Positions 62,701 to 64,000 of a stretch of DNA of 64,000 nucleotides are shown piece after piece. The DNA is from Ylistrum balloti (taxonomy: Eukaryota). The notes under the pieces were generated by a model that was not told where the DNA came from, did no database searches, and was given only the letters and a program-made list of their open reading frames with translations. A program made the position numbers and the translations under genes. The stretch spans positions 248,001 through 312,000 of the forward strand of contig NW_026782484.1 of NCBI RefSeq assembly GCF_031769215.1, read 5' to 3'. Positions within the stretch are counted from its first letter, which is position 1; the number at the start of each line of letters is the position of its first letter.

Positions 62701-64000
62701 AATCGTTCAATCTTGACAAACTACACTAAGAAATTATATTATTGTCTAGTTTTTTTATGATTTGAAATGTAGTTACAAGTTCACCAATGTTCGCCTCTTT
62801 TTATGAAGAGACTTTTGTATTTTGTATATTTACACTTGTTTTCTATTCGATAGCCGTATCCAATATCTACTGACTTTCACGTGTTAAATCCATTTTTTTC
62901 TCATTTAGCTAAAATAAGTTAAATCCTTTTGTAAAGAATGCACTAACTTAGTTTAATATCACCATTGGAATATAAGAATGTATCAGTTTGACCAACCAGA
63001 GCGGTGACTTCAAGTCACGGCATTGGAATTCACACATTTTCCTGTTCAGACGCAAATTAAGCTTATGTTGAATAAGTTGGTTTACGATATAATAATTTTC
63101 TTGTGTACATTTAAGATTTTCTCTAATTTGGTATATAAAAACTGGTTTGTAAGCAACTCTTTCCAGATAACAGTATTATAGAGATAGAACAGAAATCGAA
63201 ATAGGGTGATTAGGAAGTGACAGACCTGCCCTGGAAGCAAAATATCCAGCAGGTGATGAGTAACAATAGTTTCTGGACTGGAAACCAGCTTAGTAACAAT
63301 AGGTATAGGTAAGTAGCGTGGTAAAATACAATGCAAAGCAGACTATTCAATATGGCGCCGTCTTAATATCAAGATAACTTGAAACTATCTGAAGTAAAAG
63401 AGCGCGTAAATATTTCCTATATATACCTACATTTTTCAAACATGCGTCGCACTTGTAAAATATATATTCGTGAAAGATATGTAGTATTAAACTGGAAACC
63501 ATTAAATATCATCTATATATCAATTGCATGTTAGAATTAGGACATATATAAGGCTTTGTTTTTAGTATATCTAATTAAGTCAATAGAAACGAGGAAATAA
63601 GTTCCATTGGTATACTTCACTATAACACATAAATATCGACCTCGTTATAGCATGTTAATACCTAACTCGTGTGTATATACCAGTACCGACTTCGTAATAT
63701 ACGAATGCTGACTTCATTATAACGACAGTACTGACCTGATTATAACATACCAGACTAGTACTGACCTGATTATAACTTACCAGACCAGTACTGACCTGAT
63801 TGTAACATACCAGACCAGTACTGACCTCTTTATAAAATACCAGTACTGACCTCATCATAGCATAGAAGTACGAGTATCGACCTCGTTATAACATACTTCT
63901 TCTCATATGATATATCAGATATGATCAAACTCCTGTAACAGCATACAACCTTGTTTATCCTGTGGTGTTAGACGTGACATGACTCCTCGAAGTACCGGTA
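59743..64000 (-). CDS. Second SLC46-family paralog, 3' exons only (gene continues beyond the window); complement(join(59743..59809,62323..62479,63950..>64000))
   Basis: 64000-63950 gives PVLRGVMSRLTPQDKQ-G|GT (paralog 1: PMIRAIMSKMTPDDKQ-G|GT). 62479-62323 is a 157-nt exon, the same length and phases as paralog 1 exon 3, encoding GSMFGGMAIVET...SNAIYGETVDTFRGTAFLVLAAYLFLGFLLA. The candidate last exon TTTTCCAG|A-LLHWFIRRLNKDKPMKGYSKT* has AATAAA ~75 nt downstream and is less certain. Confidence 0.82.
59820..61475. repeat. Minisatellite, 58-bp unit (AGATCAGGAGAAATCACAGAGATAAGTGGATTACAGATCACTCACTAATTATGTTGTT)
   Basis: About 28 copies with a recurring pair of variant units, inside the last intron of SLC46 paralog 2. 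Confidence 0.96.
61950..62230 (-). mobile_element. Possible LINE APE-endonuclease remnant
   Basis: The minus strand shows ...CSGGLAVF... and later ...IYPP..., resembling the SGG and YxPP motifs of CR1/L2 endonucleases. Heavily decayed. Confidence 0.25.
63640..63890. repeat. Short 30-bp tandem repeat (AGTACTGACCTGATTATAACATACCAGACC)
   Basis: Repeats at 63727, 63757 and 63787 with degenerate flanking copies. Confidence 0.8.

Overview
AT-rich animal genomic DNA with spliceosomal introns. A bivalve mollusc (possibly a scallop) is my inference from the gene and repeat repertoire, not something I can prove. Roughly 45-50% of the window (estimated by eye) is tandem minisatellite, in about 20 mostly unrelated families with 21-58 bp units, and these produce nearly all the long ORFs in the track. 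I could reconstruct five genes or gene fragments. (1) An intact two-coding-exon BTB-BACK-PHR (BTBD1/2/3/6-family) gene at 7208-9133, inside an ~11.1 kb tandem segmental duplication. (2) Its second copy, which has lost BTB/BACK and keeps only the PHR part (17474-18079) behind an ATG created at a satellite/exon junction. (3) A three-exon globin (32037-39861) with an MGCxxS acylation-type N-terminus and B12.2/G7.0 introns. (4) A complete four-exon SLC46 (PCFT/HCP1-family) MFS transporter on the minus strand (52738-49318). (5) The last three exons of a second SLC46 paralog (64000-59743), which the ORF track misses. There is also a deleted Tigger/pogo-type DNA transposon nested in a copy-specific insertion, plus decayed LINE fragments. 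I see no CRISPR array, rRNA or convincing tRNA. The most interesting leads are the satellite-driven remodelling and possible diversification of the BTB-PHR pair, and the putatively membrane-anchored globin with candidate hypoxia/CRE sites. All coordinates and counts were read by eye.
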